Of a stretch of DNA of 64,000 bases, positions 51,145-63,288 are shown one piece after another. Below the pieces are notes generated by a model. The model saw only the letters and a program-made list of their open reading frames with translations. It was not told where the DNA came from and did not search any database. This DNA is from Mustelus asterias. Lineage: Eukaryota. Every line of letters starts with the position of its first letter. Positions within the stretch are counted from its first letter, which is position 1. Where the stretch lies: positions 82,584,001 to 82,648,000 of the forward strand of contig NC_135812.1 in NCBI RefSeq assembly GCF_964213995.1, read 5' to 3'. The position numbers and the translations under genes are program-made.

Positions 51145-51180
51145 CAAGAAGTGCTGGAAGATATCAGCATTGCATCGTAA

Positions 51181-51548
51181 AATAAATTAAAAATAAAGCT
51201 GCAGTAGAAGACGAACAATAACTCCATTTTAAATTCTGAAATATTTCAGTTGCCAGTAGATATCTTTTATTTACCTCCTTAGTAGTAATTTTAAATCCAG
51301 ACAGAAATCTGTCATGGATAGCCATTTAAGAAGATATAATGTGAAATAATTGATTTTTTTTTAGTTCAAATTATCTGGTGTTGGAAAGATATTTTTATAA
51401 ACTCCTCCCTAAATTAACAATAATGCTGAGCTGAACACAAGTTATTAGTCAGTGTTGATGGTCCAGATATTCGATACTCTTTATAACTGTTGATCAATAT
51501 TTCGGTTCAAGTTCTGCTTGAACTAAATAAAGTTGAACACTGAATAAA
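51181..51548 (+). terminator. Candidate JMJD6 polyadenylation signals
   Basis: AATAAA at 51181, 51192, 51526 and 51543 downstream of the stop. Which one is used cannot be determined from sequence. Confidence 0.45.
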
Positions 51549-51674
51549 TCTGTTTTATGCCAAAGCTCTCAATTTATAAAACACCATTACTACATTTTGC
51601 AGATAGCTTGATTCAAACACTTTTCAAACGCCAGATGAACACACCGTTTCTACCTTTGTTGCAACTGTGTTCCT

Positions 51675-52095
51675 ATGATGGCTCAATTGGTAGCATTCTT
51701 GCCTCTGAGTCACAAGTTTGGATTCAAGTTCCACTCCTGAACTTGAGCACAAAGATTCATGATGGCACTTTAGTGCAGTGCCGAGGGAGTGCTGCACTGT
51801 GGATTGGCTGTCTTTCAGATGGGACATTAAACCAAGGCCCACCTGCCTTTAGATGAATGTAAAAGATCCTGTGGCACTATTTCGAAGAGAAGGGAAGTTA
51901 TCCCTGGTGTCCTGGCCAATATTTATCCCTCAACCAACGTCACAAAAACAAATTATCTGGTCATTATCAATCGTGGAGATTTTCTGTGAACTTTGTTATC
52001 GAAAGTGTCTACATTTCAAAATAATTCATTTGTTGTAAAACACTTTGGGACACCCATGTCTGGTGGTCATGAAAAACACAATATAAACCTAAGTC
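51675..52095 (+). mobile_element. DeuSINE (SacSINE1/AmnSINE-related) copy just downstream of, or within, the JMJD6 3' UTR
   Basis: tRNA-like head GGCTCAATTGGTAGC...GATTCAAGTTCCAC and Deu-like core GTAAAAGATCCTGTGGCACTATTTCGAAGA...CCTGGTGTCCTGGCCAATATTTATCCCTCAACCAAC. Confidence 0.7.
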
Positions 52096-53112
52096 TTGTG
52101 TTTTTTTAATTCAGGATTCAAACTAAATTTATTCTTGGTTTATTATTCAAATTGTATTCTTATCTCATATTTTCTCAGTGATGTTTTATAACCAGAAGCG
52201 GTGTACACATTATGTACAGATGAGGTAATTTGTTGCCAGAGAGAATTTAGTTGTCTCTTCTTAGATTTTATTAAGTAAAAAAAACATTGTTTTTTAGTGC
52301 TTCATAAAAATAATGAATAATTGATGAATGGAAATGTCTTATCAAGTTCAGTTAGGAATTATATTTAAATTTTATTTTGGTAGCTTCTATGATGATCCAT
52401 CTTGATGAGCTGCTCTCCTTTAGAGGTGATTGGCTGGTATTTGCAAGTTCTCAAACAGAAATTAAGTGTTAAATTGGGAGGATTCTAGATTTCCCAATTA
52501 TCATGACCATTAAGGCAACAGTAGACATATAGCAGCATAGTAGTTATCTTACTGAACTCATAATGGAGGCCTTGACTAATGAGATGAGATATGAGTCCAA
52601 ACCCACTATATGAGCTAAAGAAGTTAAGTTCAGTTAAATAAATCTGGAATAAAAAGTTAGTATCAATAATGGTGACGAAGACACTACCAAATTCTATTAA
52701 AATCCATTTAGTTCACAGATAGCCTTTCGGGAAGGAAATCTTCAGTACTTAGCTGATCTGGCCTACCATCTGTCTCCAAATCCATTGCAAAGTGATTGAT
52801 TAATAGCCCTCTGAAACGATGCAGCAAGCCACTCAGTTGTGTTAAGCCACCTTCTGAAATGGCCCAGCAAGCCACTCGATTGTGTTGTCACTCCTCTGAA
52901 ATAACCCAGCAAGCCACTTGGTTGTGTTAAGCCACTGTGAAAAAGTCTAATAAGAATAAAAACGGATAAAGTGTCTGGTGTCGACGTAGGCACTGGAAAT
53001 AACAATGGCACACCAAGCACAGTCAACCTTGCTAAGTCCTCCTCACTAACATTTATGTTGGGAAAACTGTCCCCTTGACTGATCAAGCAACAGCCTGATG
53101 TAGTCATACTGA

Positions 53113-53392
53113 GGCGGCACGGTAGCACAGTGGTTAGCACTGCTACTTCACAGCGCCAGGGACCCAGGTTCGATTTCCAGCTTGGGTCACTGTGTGGAGT
53201 TTGTACGTTCTCCCCGTGTCTGCATGGGTTTCCTCCGAGTGCTCCGGTTTCTTCCCACGTTCTGAAAGACATGCTGGTTAGATGCATTGACCCAGACAGG
53301 TGTCGGACTGTGGCGACTAGGGGAATTTCACAGTAACTTCATTGCAGTGTTAATGTAAGCCTTATTTGTGACTAATAAATAAACTTTTACTT
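53113..53392 (+). mobile_element. tRNA SINE, AATAAATAAAC tail, inserted in an older LINE-like repeat
   Basis: GGCGGCACGGTAGCACAGTGGTTAGC head. The flanks GTCATACT and ACTCACAGAATCATACC appear continuous with an older repeat. Confidence 0.8.
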
Positions 53393-55345
53393 TACTCACA
53401 GAATCATACCTATCAGCCAACATCCCAGACTGCTCCATCGCTATCCTGGAAGGTCTTGTCCTACTGTGTGGACAGACCTCTCAGAGGTGGGGGCACAGTG
53501 GTATACAATCTGAAGGGAGTAGCTCTGACACACTGCAATATTGTCCTCAGGCCCCATAAAATTGCATAGCATCAGGTCTAACATGATTTATGCTGGTAAA
53601 CCACATATAAGCAACATTCCTGAGAGTGAGAACTTTTCTGAAATGCAGGCCCTTTGAACTGTCCACAATTCCAAAGCAAGTGACAAAGTAACACAACACC
53701 CAAAACACATGGTAGTCAGACACCAATCACTGATTGCACATCTGGAAGACAGTGTCCATCTTGATTGAAAGGCTGTTCGTGTTTTTAGTATCTGCTGGTG
53801 ATTGTGTGTGGGATTCCACTTTCGTTAAATTTCAGAGTTCCTGAATGTGTTTTCTTTAAATACTGAAATAGGTTAAATGCCTTTCTTGTTGAGGGGATAG
53901 ATCTACTGCAGGGCATATGTTTGCTTTACAAGCTTGGTATCTGAGTCATCATCTTGTATTTGTCATCCCTTGCAACTGTCTTGACGCAAACCAGATAGCT
54001 CGCAACATTCATATCATATCTGACCACAAGATAAACTTCTGATCACATAAATATACTTATTACTGAGAATTCCATCTCTGTAGCCAATTTCCATCTCTGT
54101 AGCATCACCCAACTTTGCCTATGCCTCAGCTCATCTGTTGCTGGAATTAACAGTTGATCTAGCATCAATTTCCTATTGTGGAAGAGGGTTCCGAATTTGT
54201 ACCACCTTTGTATATAGAAGTACTTAATTTCACTCCTGGAAGGTCTGGCTCTAAGTTTAGACTATGTCCCTAGTCCCACTCTCCCCAACCAGCTGAAATA
54301 GTTTATCTGTCTATAACCTCTTTATTTCCTTTAATATCTTGAAACCTTTGGATCAAATCACTCCTTAACCTACTAACTTCCAGGGAATCCAACTCATAGT
54401 TTGTGCAATCTGCCTTTATAACATGACCCTTTGAGTTCCAATATCATTCTGGTAAATCCACACTACACTCCTTCCAAAATTGTGATGCCAGGAACTACTC
54501 ACAGTACTCCCAGGTGTTAATTACTTTTTTAATACAAACCAATGACAACTTTTAGATCAAATGTTCATAAGAGGGAACGAGTGCCCCCTTCTTAAAGGGT
54601 GACCATTAATAAAAAGGAAAACTACAAGGGGAACTTATCAATCAAATTAAAATTACATTCCCAAGGGTGGTATAGCCAGGGCTTTGTCTAACCAAAGTAA
54701 GACTTTCTACCGCCTCGTATCCAGCCCTCGTTTAGATGCCAGTGTTATAGTTGTACTGGAACAGCTTTGCTAGGGGCCTATCTAGTTCTGAAACACGAGT
54801 GTTCAGCATGACAACTAGTGTGTTGTCATGGCCCAAAGCCTTTTCTATTTCCAGTGCACTCAGCCATCTCTTGAGATCATGTGGAGTAGATTAGGATCTA
54901 TGATGCTGGAACCTCAGGAAGAGGCTGAGATGAATCATCCACTTCTGGTTGAAGATGGTTGCAAATGCTTCAGCTCTATCTTTTGCACCGATGTGCTGGG
55001 CACTGCCATGATTAAGGATGGGGATATTTGTGGAACCTCCTCCCACTCGTTATTGAATTGTCCACCGCCATTCACGATTGGATAAACCAGGACTGCGAAG
55101 CTTTGTTCTGATCTTAGTTATGGAATCACTTAGCTCTGTCTATATGATGTTGCTTCCACTATTTAACATGCATGTAATCCTGTGTTCCAGCTTCAGGAGG
55201 TTGTCATCTCATTTTTAGGCATAACTGGATCTGCTGGGCCTGACATGCTCTCGTCTCTCCTGGCTTGAAGAAAATGATAAAGTGAAGAATATGCCAAACT
55301 AATTAATTTACAGATTGTGGTGGAATACACTTCTGCTGCTACTGA

Positions 55346-55970
55346 TGGAATTTGATTTGATTTATTGTCACGTGTATTAGTATACAGTGAAAAACATTGT
55401 TTTCTGCGCAATATACAGACAAAGCATGCCGTACATAGAGGAAGAAAGGAGAGGATGCAGAACATAGCAATGAATGTGTCATAGCTCGGGTGTAGAGAAA
55501 GATCAACTTAATATAATTAATATAATGATAGTTGCTCTTTCCTAGGGTAGAAAAGTTAAGTACTCGGGGACATAGGTTTAAGGTACATGGGGAAAGGTTT
55601 TGAGGAGATGTGCAAGGCAAGTTTTTTACACAAAAGGTGGTGAATGTCTGGAACGCGCTGCTCGGGGAGGTGGTGGGAGCAGGTACGATAGTGGCATTTA
55701 CGGGGCATCTAGACGAATACATAAGTAGGATGGGAATGGAAGGATATATTTTTAGTTTAGGCAGGCATCATGATCGGCAAAGATTTGGAGGGCTGAAGAG
55801 CCTGTTCCTGTGCTGTACTGTTCTTTGTCCTTTAATATAGGTAGGTCCATTAAAAAGTCTGATGGCAGCAGGGAAGAAGCTGTGCTTGATTGGTACATGG
55901 GCTCAGAATTTTGTATCTTTTTCCCGATGGAAGAAGGTGGAAGAGAGTATGTCCAGGGTGCGTGGCCCAC
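55346..55970. mobile_element. Rex1-like 3' end (-) with a nested CR1 3' end (+, ~55530-55830)
   Basis: Rex1 sequence AGATCAACTTAATAT resumes as TTAATATAGGTAGGTCCATT after GKFFTQKVVNVWNAL-coding CR1 sequence. Confidence 0.75.
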
Positions 55971-58274
55971 AGCATTTCATGGATGCCCTGTTATTGAGCT
56001 GTTCCATCTATTCCGAATCCATCCCACTTAGCTCGATGTCGGACCATGCAACACGAGAGTATTCTCAGTGTGAAGATGGGTCTTTTGTCTTCACAAGGAC
56101 TGTGCAGTGGTCCCTCCGATCAGTACTATCGGGGATAGATGCATCTGTAGCAGGTAGATTGGTGAGGGCAAGGTCCAGTAAATTTTTCCCTCATGTTGGT
56201 TGTCACACAACCTACTACAGGTCTGTTTTGACAGCTATGTCTTTCAGGATTCAATTCATTCAGTGGCAGTCCTACTGAACTACACTTGGTGATGGACTTT
56301 CTAGTTCACTGCCCATTGGACATTCAGTACTTCCAAATGGTATTCAACATTAAGGAGTACTGATTCATCAGCTGAGGGAGGCAGCAGGTTTCCTTGACCA
56401 TGTTTGACCAGATAGCATGAGTCTTCTTGGGGTCCAGGGTCAATGTTAAGGACTGCCATGACCACTCCTCCACAACTGTGTTTTGTTATTAGACTGACTA
56501 CTCCATAATTCCCTGGTTTTCCCTCTGTCAACTTTCTTATATGGAAGAATGACATGCACAAATTTTCAATCTTAAAAAAAATTTTTGAATTGAAAGGTTG
56601 CTATGAGGGATTACATTGGTTCCAGTTAAGTAACATCTCAACTTTAAAAATGTCATACTTGTTTTCAAATCCCCCATGATCTTGCCCCTCCCTATCTGTA
56701 ATCTTCTCCAACCTTGCAACCTTCTAAGATATCCTTGTTTATCCTTTCCTTCTTTAAGATGCTTTCTAAAACCTACCTCTGTAACCAAGCTTTTGATCAT
56801 TTGCCTTAATATCCTCTTTTGTGGCTTGGCTCCAGCAAAGTATCTTGGGACATTTTACTACATTAAAGTTGCTACTTAAATACAAATTGTTGTTGTCGAT
56901 TCCTATGTTTTCTTTCTGTCTCCTGTGAATACGTGAGCCAGTGAAGCAGCAGATTCTTAGAAGTTCTGCAACTCCTCTAAATTCACTCAGATTATATGCT
57001 TTGTAAACCATTGATACTTTTTCTAACAGCTCAGGGCTATGCGGACTATTTAAAGAGGCATCAATGCAGTATGTTTACAATTATTGAAGGTTATACTCTT
57101 ACCCTTAGAATATCAAAAATAACATTCAACATAAAACTGCCTATTTTAATTTGGTCCTTTATGCCGGTTCACTACCATGGAATCTGTGCTCTGTTGGTTG
57201 GCAGTGGCAGTGCCATTGCTTTAGTGCAGCTTGTCTGCATGTCTCTTTGCAGCAGATGGCACTGCTCAGTAATTGTATCTCTGCTGAACTGCTGCCAGCT
57301 TACTGTGCTTGAGATTATAGGTATGATTGCTCAGACCAGAGCAGGGTGCAGACATCTGGCTCTCATGCCAGTTGTTCTTCATTGTTGTTCTTTATTCTCT
57401 TGTTTGGTGCCTCATCACAAGATTTTATTGAAAGCAATCCCCATAGCTTTCAAAATATTTGGCAGATACAAAAGACCTGTCTACCTTAACTTTGGGGAAA
57501 ATCGGAAGCAAAAACAGGAAAAGTTAGAAATATACAGCAATATACATATATATAAATAAAGCAGTCAATGTTTCTTCATAAAGACATAGAAAATAGGAGC
57601 AGCAGTAGGCTTTTTTGTCCCTTGAGTCTGCTCTGCCATTCAAGATGATCATGGCTGATACCCGATCTCAATGCCATACTTCTGCTCTCCCCCCATACTC
57701 CTTGATACCTTTACTGTCTATAGAAACATAGAAAATAACTGAACAGTAATAAATTAAGGAGTTTATTAATAGAAGAGAGAAAAACATTAGTGGAATCATA
57801 GTTGGATGATGTAACAGATTAATTCCATTAAATGAAAGAAGCATCAGATAAATTGAAAACATTAAACAAATAAATGTACTGTCTGGCTTACTTGATGTGA
57901 TTTCCACTTTCACTGAATCAATTGCCAAAAGTTGCATTCAATTGCTCCAAGAGTGTCTCATGACTAACCAGAAACAAGTAACAAACAACCCTGTTAATTG
58001 AGCTTAATTGTTAATTGTTTCCTCATCTCTTCCTACTCCCTGAATCAGAAACCATTAAGGAATATTTTTTTCTTTTATTTCACGGGATATGGGCAGCATT
58101 TGTTGCCTAATCATCCTTGAGAAGGTGTACCGCCTTCCTGAACCACTGCAATCCATCTAGTATCTGTGGCACTTGGTACAACTGAGTGGTTTGCTAAGCC
58201 ATTTCAGAGGGCATTCAAGAGTCGGCCACAATGCTGGGGGCCTGGAGCCGCATGTTGGCCAGACCAGATGAAGA

Positions 58275-58501
58275 CAAAAACAGAAAATGCTGGAAAAATC
58301 TCAGCAGGTCTGACATCATCTGTGGAGAGAGAACAGAGCTAATGTTTCAAGTCTGGATGACCCTTCGTCGGAGTTTTGACGAAAGGTCGTCTAGGGTCAT
58401 CCAGACTTAATACGTTAGCTCTTCTCTCTTTACAGATGCTGAGATTTTCCAGCCTTTTCTATTTTTGTTTCAGATTCCAGTATTCACAAGTATTTTGCCT
58501 T
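58275..58501. mobile_element. Palindromic repeat of the second Penelope-like terminal family
   Basis: AAAACAGAAAATGCTGGAAAAATCTCAGC...GCTGAGATTTTCCAGCCTTTTCTATTTT inverted arms around degenerate hammerhead-like cores. Confidence 0.6.
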
Positions 58502-58769
58502 TATCCAGATGAGGGCACATAGCTTGCCCTAAAGGGCATTAGTTTTGATGACAATCTGAGACAAGCTTCAGATTTATGAATTGAATTTAAATTCCTCCAG
58601 ATGCCCTGGTATGGGATGCCCCAAAGTAATATTGTCCTCTGAAAAAATTTCAGTGACATTACCACCATTAGGCATGTCAATTGTCCCTACAATGTATGTT
58701 TTCTATTCTTAACTTTACAAAAAATTATTACACAAAATGTGTATCCACTAAAATATTCTTTTTTTAAAA

Positions 58770-59382
58770 TTAGTGTCACAAGTAGGCTTACATTAACACT
58801 GCAATGAAGTTACTGTGAAAATCCCCGAGTCACCACATTCCCATACTTGTTTGGGTACACTGAGGGAGAATTTAGCATGGCCAATGCACCTAACCAGCAT
58901 GTACCTCCTCGTGAACCTGCTCCAGGGCCTGGCGAAACTCGCCATTAACAGGTCCGGGCAGCGGGTGATCGACGGGGTCGTCCATACTGACTGTCTGCCC
59001 CTCTACCGCGGCTATGTTCGCAGCCAGGTGTCCCTGGAGAAGGAGCATGCGGTGTCCACGGGCACAGTTGATGCTTCCGCACCCGTTGGGCACCGCAGGG
59101 GCTGGGGTGCATTATAGACCCCGATAATCACATTTTGATTTGATGTTTTAAGTTTCCTTTGTACCTCTGTTCTGTTCGGGCTGTTCCCCCTCCTTTTGGG
59201 GAGCTGCCACTTTTACTTTATCCCCGAGTTAATTTGAGTTGGTTTATTTGGTTTGCCCTAAAAGAGGCCTAACCAGCACGTCTTTCAGACTGTGGGAAGA
59301 AAACAGTGCCCCAAGCCCAGAATCGAACCCAAGTCCCTGACGGTGTGAGGCAGCAGTGCTAACCACTATGTCACCATGCCAC
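58770..59382 (-). mobile_element. tRNA SINE interrupted by a Tx1 insertion
   Basis: SINE tail at ~58770-58899 and head at ~59268-59382. Confidence 0.8.
58900..59267 (+). mobile_element. Tx1-like (L1 group) LINE 3' fragment with 11-bp TSD
   Basis: LLVNLLQGLAKLAINRS...CLPLYRGYVRSQVSLEKEHAVSTG resembles the Tx1 ORF2 C-terminus. Ends AAAAGA. TSD CCTAACCAGCA at 58889-58899 and 59268-59278. Confidence 0.75.
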
Positions 59383-59669
59383 ACTAAGTACATCGAGCTA
59401 GAATGTATTTACATACCAAGGACAGATTTTAGTAATCTTGTCCACCAAGTTATTGGCGATCTATTACAGTTCCTTACATAAAAAGGGAATATTTTTAACA
59501 TGGAAAAGACTTACACAAGACCACTCATACACGGGTGGCAGTTCATATATCTGTCATTGTTGCAGCCCTAATTTTCTTTTAAAAAAACTATGGGAATAGA
59601 AAATAAGGAAACATTTCAAGGACAAGAGAGAGATGATGCCTTAATTGTGATTATTGAGTGAACCACCAG

Positions 59670-59790
59670 GCGTTGAGCCAATCAATTCAATGAGTTGGGG
59701 GGAGGGTGGTCAATTGTCTTGGCTGCTTTTGGAGGTAGCGGAGCCTTTAAATATTAGAGGGGGAGGGCGGGATGAAGGAAATGACGATCC
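59670..59790 (+). promoter_or_regulatory. Putative MXRA7 proximal promoter
   Basis: AGCCAATC at about 59676-59683, AT-rich TTTAAATATTA at about 59746, GGGCGGG at about 59766, all upstream of the ATG. Confidence 0.45.
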
Positions 59791-59893
59791 GTTTTAAAAT
59801 CCGATTCATCTTTACATGCCATCTGTGATTTGGAGCAGCAGTGTGAGCCAGCAGAGCTAGTGGAAGCGCAGTGCTGGTGGAAATTGGAGGGAT

Positions 59894-60358
59894 ATGGACG
59901 TGGCAGTGGATGTGTATGTGGCTGTCCCGCTCCTCTTCACCGTGCTGGCTCTCATCATCGCCTCTCTGTACATGAGGTCCAGAGCCTCGGCTGCCAGCGC
60001 CGGGGAGCAGGCGGCCGCTGCCAAAGTTGATCAGAGCGGAGCCGCCGGGGAGCCCAGGCAGAGCGGGGAGGAAGAGGAGGCAGCGGCGGAGACAGCAACA
60101 GCAGTGGGGGAAGCCGGCGGGGAGGTGAAGGCAGAGCCACCGGCTACTACTACTGTTCCTGCTGCTGCTGCCCAGGAAGAGTCCGGGAAAGGCAAGGGCA
60201 AGCTGCCGGTGGAGGAGATCGGCGCCGGAGAGGGAGAGCCCCACAAACAGGAGGCGACCCCCAAGAAGGAGAAGGAAGCGGTGCCCGCTGAGGAGAGGAG
60301 CCCCCAGGAGCAGGAATCACAGCCAGAGCCCGGCCAGCCCCAGGACAAGCTGCAGAAG
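59894..60358 (+). CDS. MXRA7: Probable MXRA7 coding exon 1 (N-terminal hydrophobic helix followed by an Ala/Glu/Pro-rich region)
   Basis: ATG at 59894, TM-like VYVAVPLLFTVLALIIASLY, acidic low-complexity linker, putative donor AAG|gtgcgg at 60358/9, CpG-rich. Position and orientation downstream of JMJD6 match MXRA7 synteny. The conserved C-terminal exons are not in the window. Confidence 0.75.
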
Positions 60359-60984
60359 GTGCGGAGAGAGAGAGAATTCACTCTCCTTTTGTTATAGAGT
60401 GGGCTGGGCGGGGGGGCTGCAGCTACTGCTGCTGGGGGCTGAACTTGGGCATGGTTTTTGAGGGTAGGGGGGCTGCATTTGGACATGGTTTGTGGGGGGG
60501 GGGGTTGTTGCTTTGGGAGGGGTACAATTACTGGGAAGGGAGCTGCAGTTGGGCATGGTTTGGGGGAGTAGGAGTTGTGGTGGTGGTGGGGGGGGGGCTG
60601 CAGTTGTTGTTGGCAATGGGGTAGGGGGTCTATAATTGTTTTTTTGTGGGGTGGGGGCTGCAGTTACTGGGGGAATTTATTTTTTCCACGGTTATCCTGT
60701 ACTGAAGGTGACGTGGAACAGAGAGCTGTGGCCAAGTTCCGTGAAAAATAAACTGTTTTCCTATTCTCCGACCCCCCCCCCCCTCCCAAAAGCTCTGTCT
60801 GGGGGGGAGGGGAGGCTGTAATTTCTCTTCCTCCCTCACCCCTGGGGTAAGGGAGGGGTCTGGGTTGCGCCATTGCTGCATTAGAGAGGCGGTGAGTGCC
60901 AGAGCCAATACTGGATCAATAACCTTCCAGTGCCGCACTCTCCCAGCCCTGCACACTGACACAGCCAGCTCACCCTCTCTGTTC

Positions 60985-61198
60985 CAGACAGAACCCAGCC
61001 CACCCTCTCTCTTTCGTCTCCTTCACCTCCTAGACAGCCAGCCCACCCTCCCCCTCCCCCTCCCCCTCCCCGACAGAACCAGCCCACCCTCCTCCTCCCC
61101 GACAGAACCAGCCCACCCTCCTCCTCCTCCCCGACAGAACCAGCCCACCCTCCTCCTCCTCCTCCTCCTCCCCGACAGAACCAGCCCACCCTCCTAGA
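60985..61198. repeat. ~29-bp C-rich minisatellite (GACAGAACCAGCCCACCCTCCTCCTCCCC) in MXRA7 intron 1
   Basis: About 5-6 variable units with an expanding CCT core. Confidence 0.85.
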
Positions 61199-63102
61199 CA
61201 GAGATTGGGGAATTGTCTTGACTCAGCCTGACCTGCCAGCACTGTCTCCAGCTCGTGCTGGGCGAGCTTCGCTCTCCAAAACACTTTCACTTGTGCTGTG
61301 GTTTTGGATATTTAACTACAAGGGATGACTTAGACTTTTGTGCGTATGTTTTTTTTAAAAAAAGGGGTGGGCTTGATTTGAAGTTGGGGGCGGGGAATTC
61401 CCATCACCACACCCAGACATTGCAGACAGCTCCCGGTGCCAATGCAGATGGAACTGGACCAAGTGTTGGGAAGCACTTTCTGGTTTGGGGGGGCGGGGGC
61501 GGGGGGGGGGGGGGAGAAGGTGGGTGGAGGGCTTGACCTTTGGGACATGAGCTTGGTTCATTGCCTCTGGGACGGGGATTGTGTTACGATTCGCCCCTAC
61601 ACAATGAAGCTTGAAGTCTGTAGTTGACACCCCAGACACACAGCCATGGGGTGTACTGTGATATCACTGCTGCGTTCACCACAGCTTGGGGCATCAGTTC
61701 AGATGGCGATTTTGTTTTTCTTGACTTTTGGCTGGATTTTATTACCCGGAAGATCACAAGAGTTGGGCCATTTGTTTACATTGCAGTGCCAGCTTGACCC
61801 CAATACACACTCTTGTCTGCTTTGAGCAGCCAATTCCCCATGTTAGACTTCCAATGGAGTAAAACTGCTGTTGCGATATTGTGTGTTTTTAAACTATGCT
61901 CCAGCATCTTCCTTTATTAAACTATTGGCCTCAGTTGCGATGTGGGCTTTTCTGTATCCAGATCTGGAGAGATCTCTGGGCAGGAGGATTCCAGAGTTGG
62001 AACCTGCTAGTCAGCTCCTGTGTAGTTGCCTTGAGTCTTGGGGCAGTGAACAGTTTACCCAGAAAAGGGGCATCCCTGTTTGGGATAGAAAAACATTTGA
62101 TTTCATTTACACCTTTTATTTACAGTTTGGGGGGCGGGTGGGGGGAAGTGACATCCAATTCAGTGTATTGTCTATCACCGATTGTAATTTCCTAATTCTG
62201 TTTAATTTGAGTCAACTAGTTTTTTGCAATGGAAGTGATCTCTCGAGTAGTTGGAGGAAGTCATCACTCAGATTTCTGTTTAAATCTTTTGACCTTGGGG
62301 ATTTTTTTGTGGGGGTGGGAAGGATATGAAAGAGCCTAGTTTGATTATTGCAGTGGGAACCCGTAATCATATCGATGATGCAGATTGCTAAATTTACAAA
62401 TTGAAATGCACTTCTGTCATCATTTGAAGAGCATGAGGTGCATGTATGAAATGGCTTGGTATCAAACCCTGCACTAATGTTAGATATCAGGCATCAAGCA
62501 ATAGTTGTGCAAATGGAGCTGCTTCAGCTATTGGTATGCTGCCTGTGCCTTGGGGGGGGGGGGTTGTTCTTTCTGAAGTGACTATTATCTACATTCATAG
62601 ATACGATGGGCTCAACATTCCGAAGCACATGCTCCCAAGGTGACTCTGCACACTTGAACAGATAAGATGGTCCCCTGTCTGATTCTGATTAGTGCTGAGT
62701 TACTACTTAAATCTGGGGACTAGCCTTTGCAGCTGTTCTGAATGTCGCTGCTGCAGTCTTAAGCAGGGAAAGCTTTGCTGCTGCTGCTTAAATAGGGAAA
62801 GCTTGGCTTGAGTTTCTGATCATCCATTGATCCCAGCTGAATTTTGTGGATTTTCTGAGATTGGGTGTGCTTTCCACCCCCTTCTGAAGGATCCCTGAGA
62901 ACAATGGACCAAGGAAAGTGGGGCAGGAACTTCTCGTTAGTAATTAAAACATTTGATGTACAATATTGGGGAAAATAAGACACCTCTCTGCTTCCACCCC
63001 CTTGAGGGAAATCAGTGAGATGTGTCCAATACTGCAGAATTGGAATGACTCAAATCACAAATATGCAATTAAGAATCGGGTGTACAAAGCTGCACAATAT
63101 CT

Positions 63103-63288
63103 GTTGTAGCGATGCTGGCGTTGGACTGGGAGGCACAGTAAGAAGTCTCAACACCAAGCTTGCTTGAAATCACAACCTTTCAGAGCACTGCTCCTTCATG
63201 TAAGTCACCTGATAAAGCAGCACTCCAAAAGCTTGTGATTCCAAATACATCTGTTGGACTTTAACCTGGTGTTGTCAGACTTCTTACT
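63103..63288. mobile_element. Older, degenerate palindromic Penelope terminal insertion
   Basis: GATGCTGGCGTTGGACTGGG...AGTAAGAAGTCT on the left and AGACTTCTTACT on the right, with central CACCTGATAAAG...CTCCAAAAGCTTGTG. Confidence 0.7.

Noticed and set aside
56996-57559. 187-aa hydrophobic ORF
   Set aside because: Non-ATG start, no recognisable domain, no splice support. Likely a chance ORF, as are most short ORFs in the track.
60985-61198. CRISPR-like spaced repeat
   Set aside because: The units are contiguous minisatellite copies with CCT slippage and no unique spacers, in a eukaryotic context.
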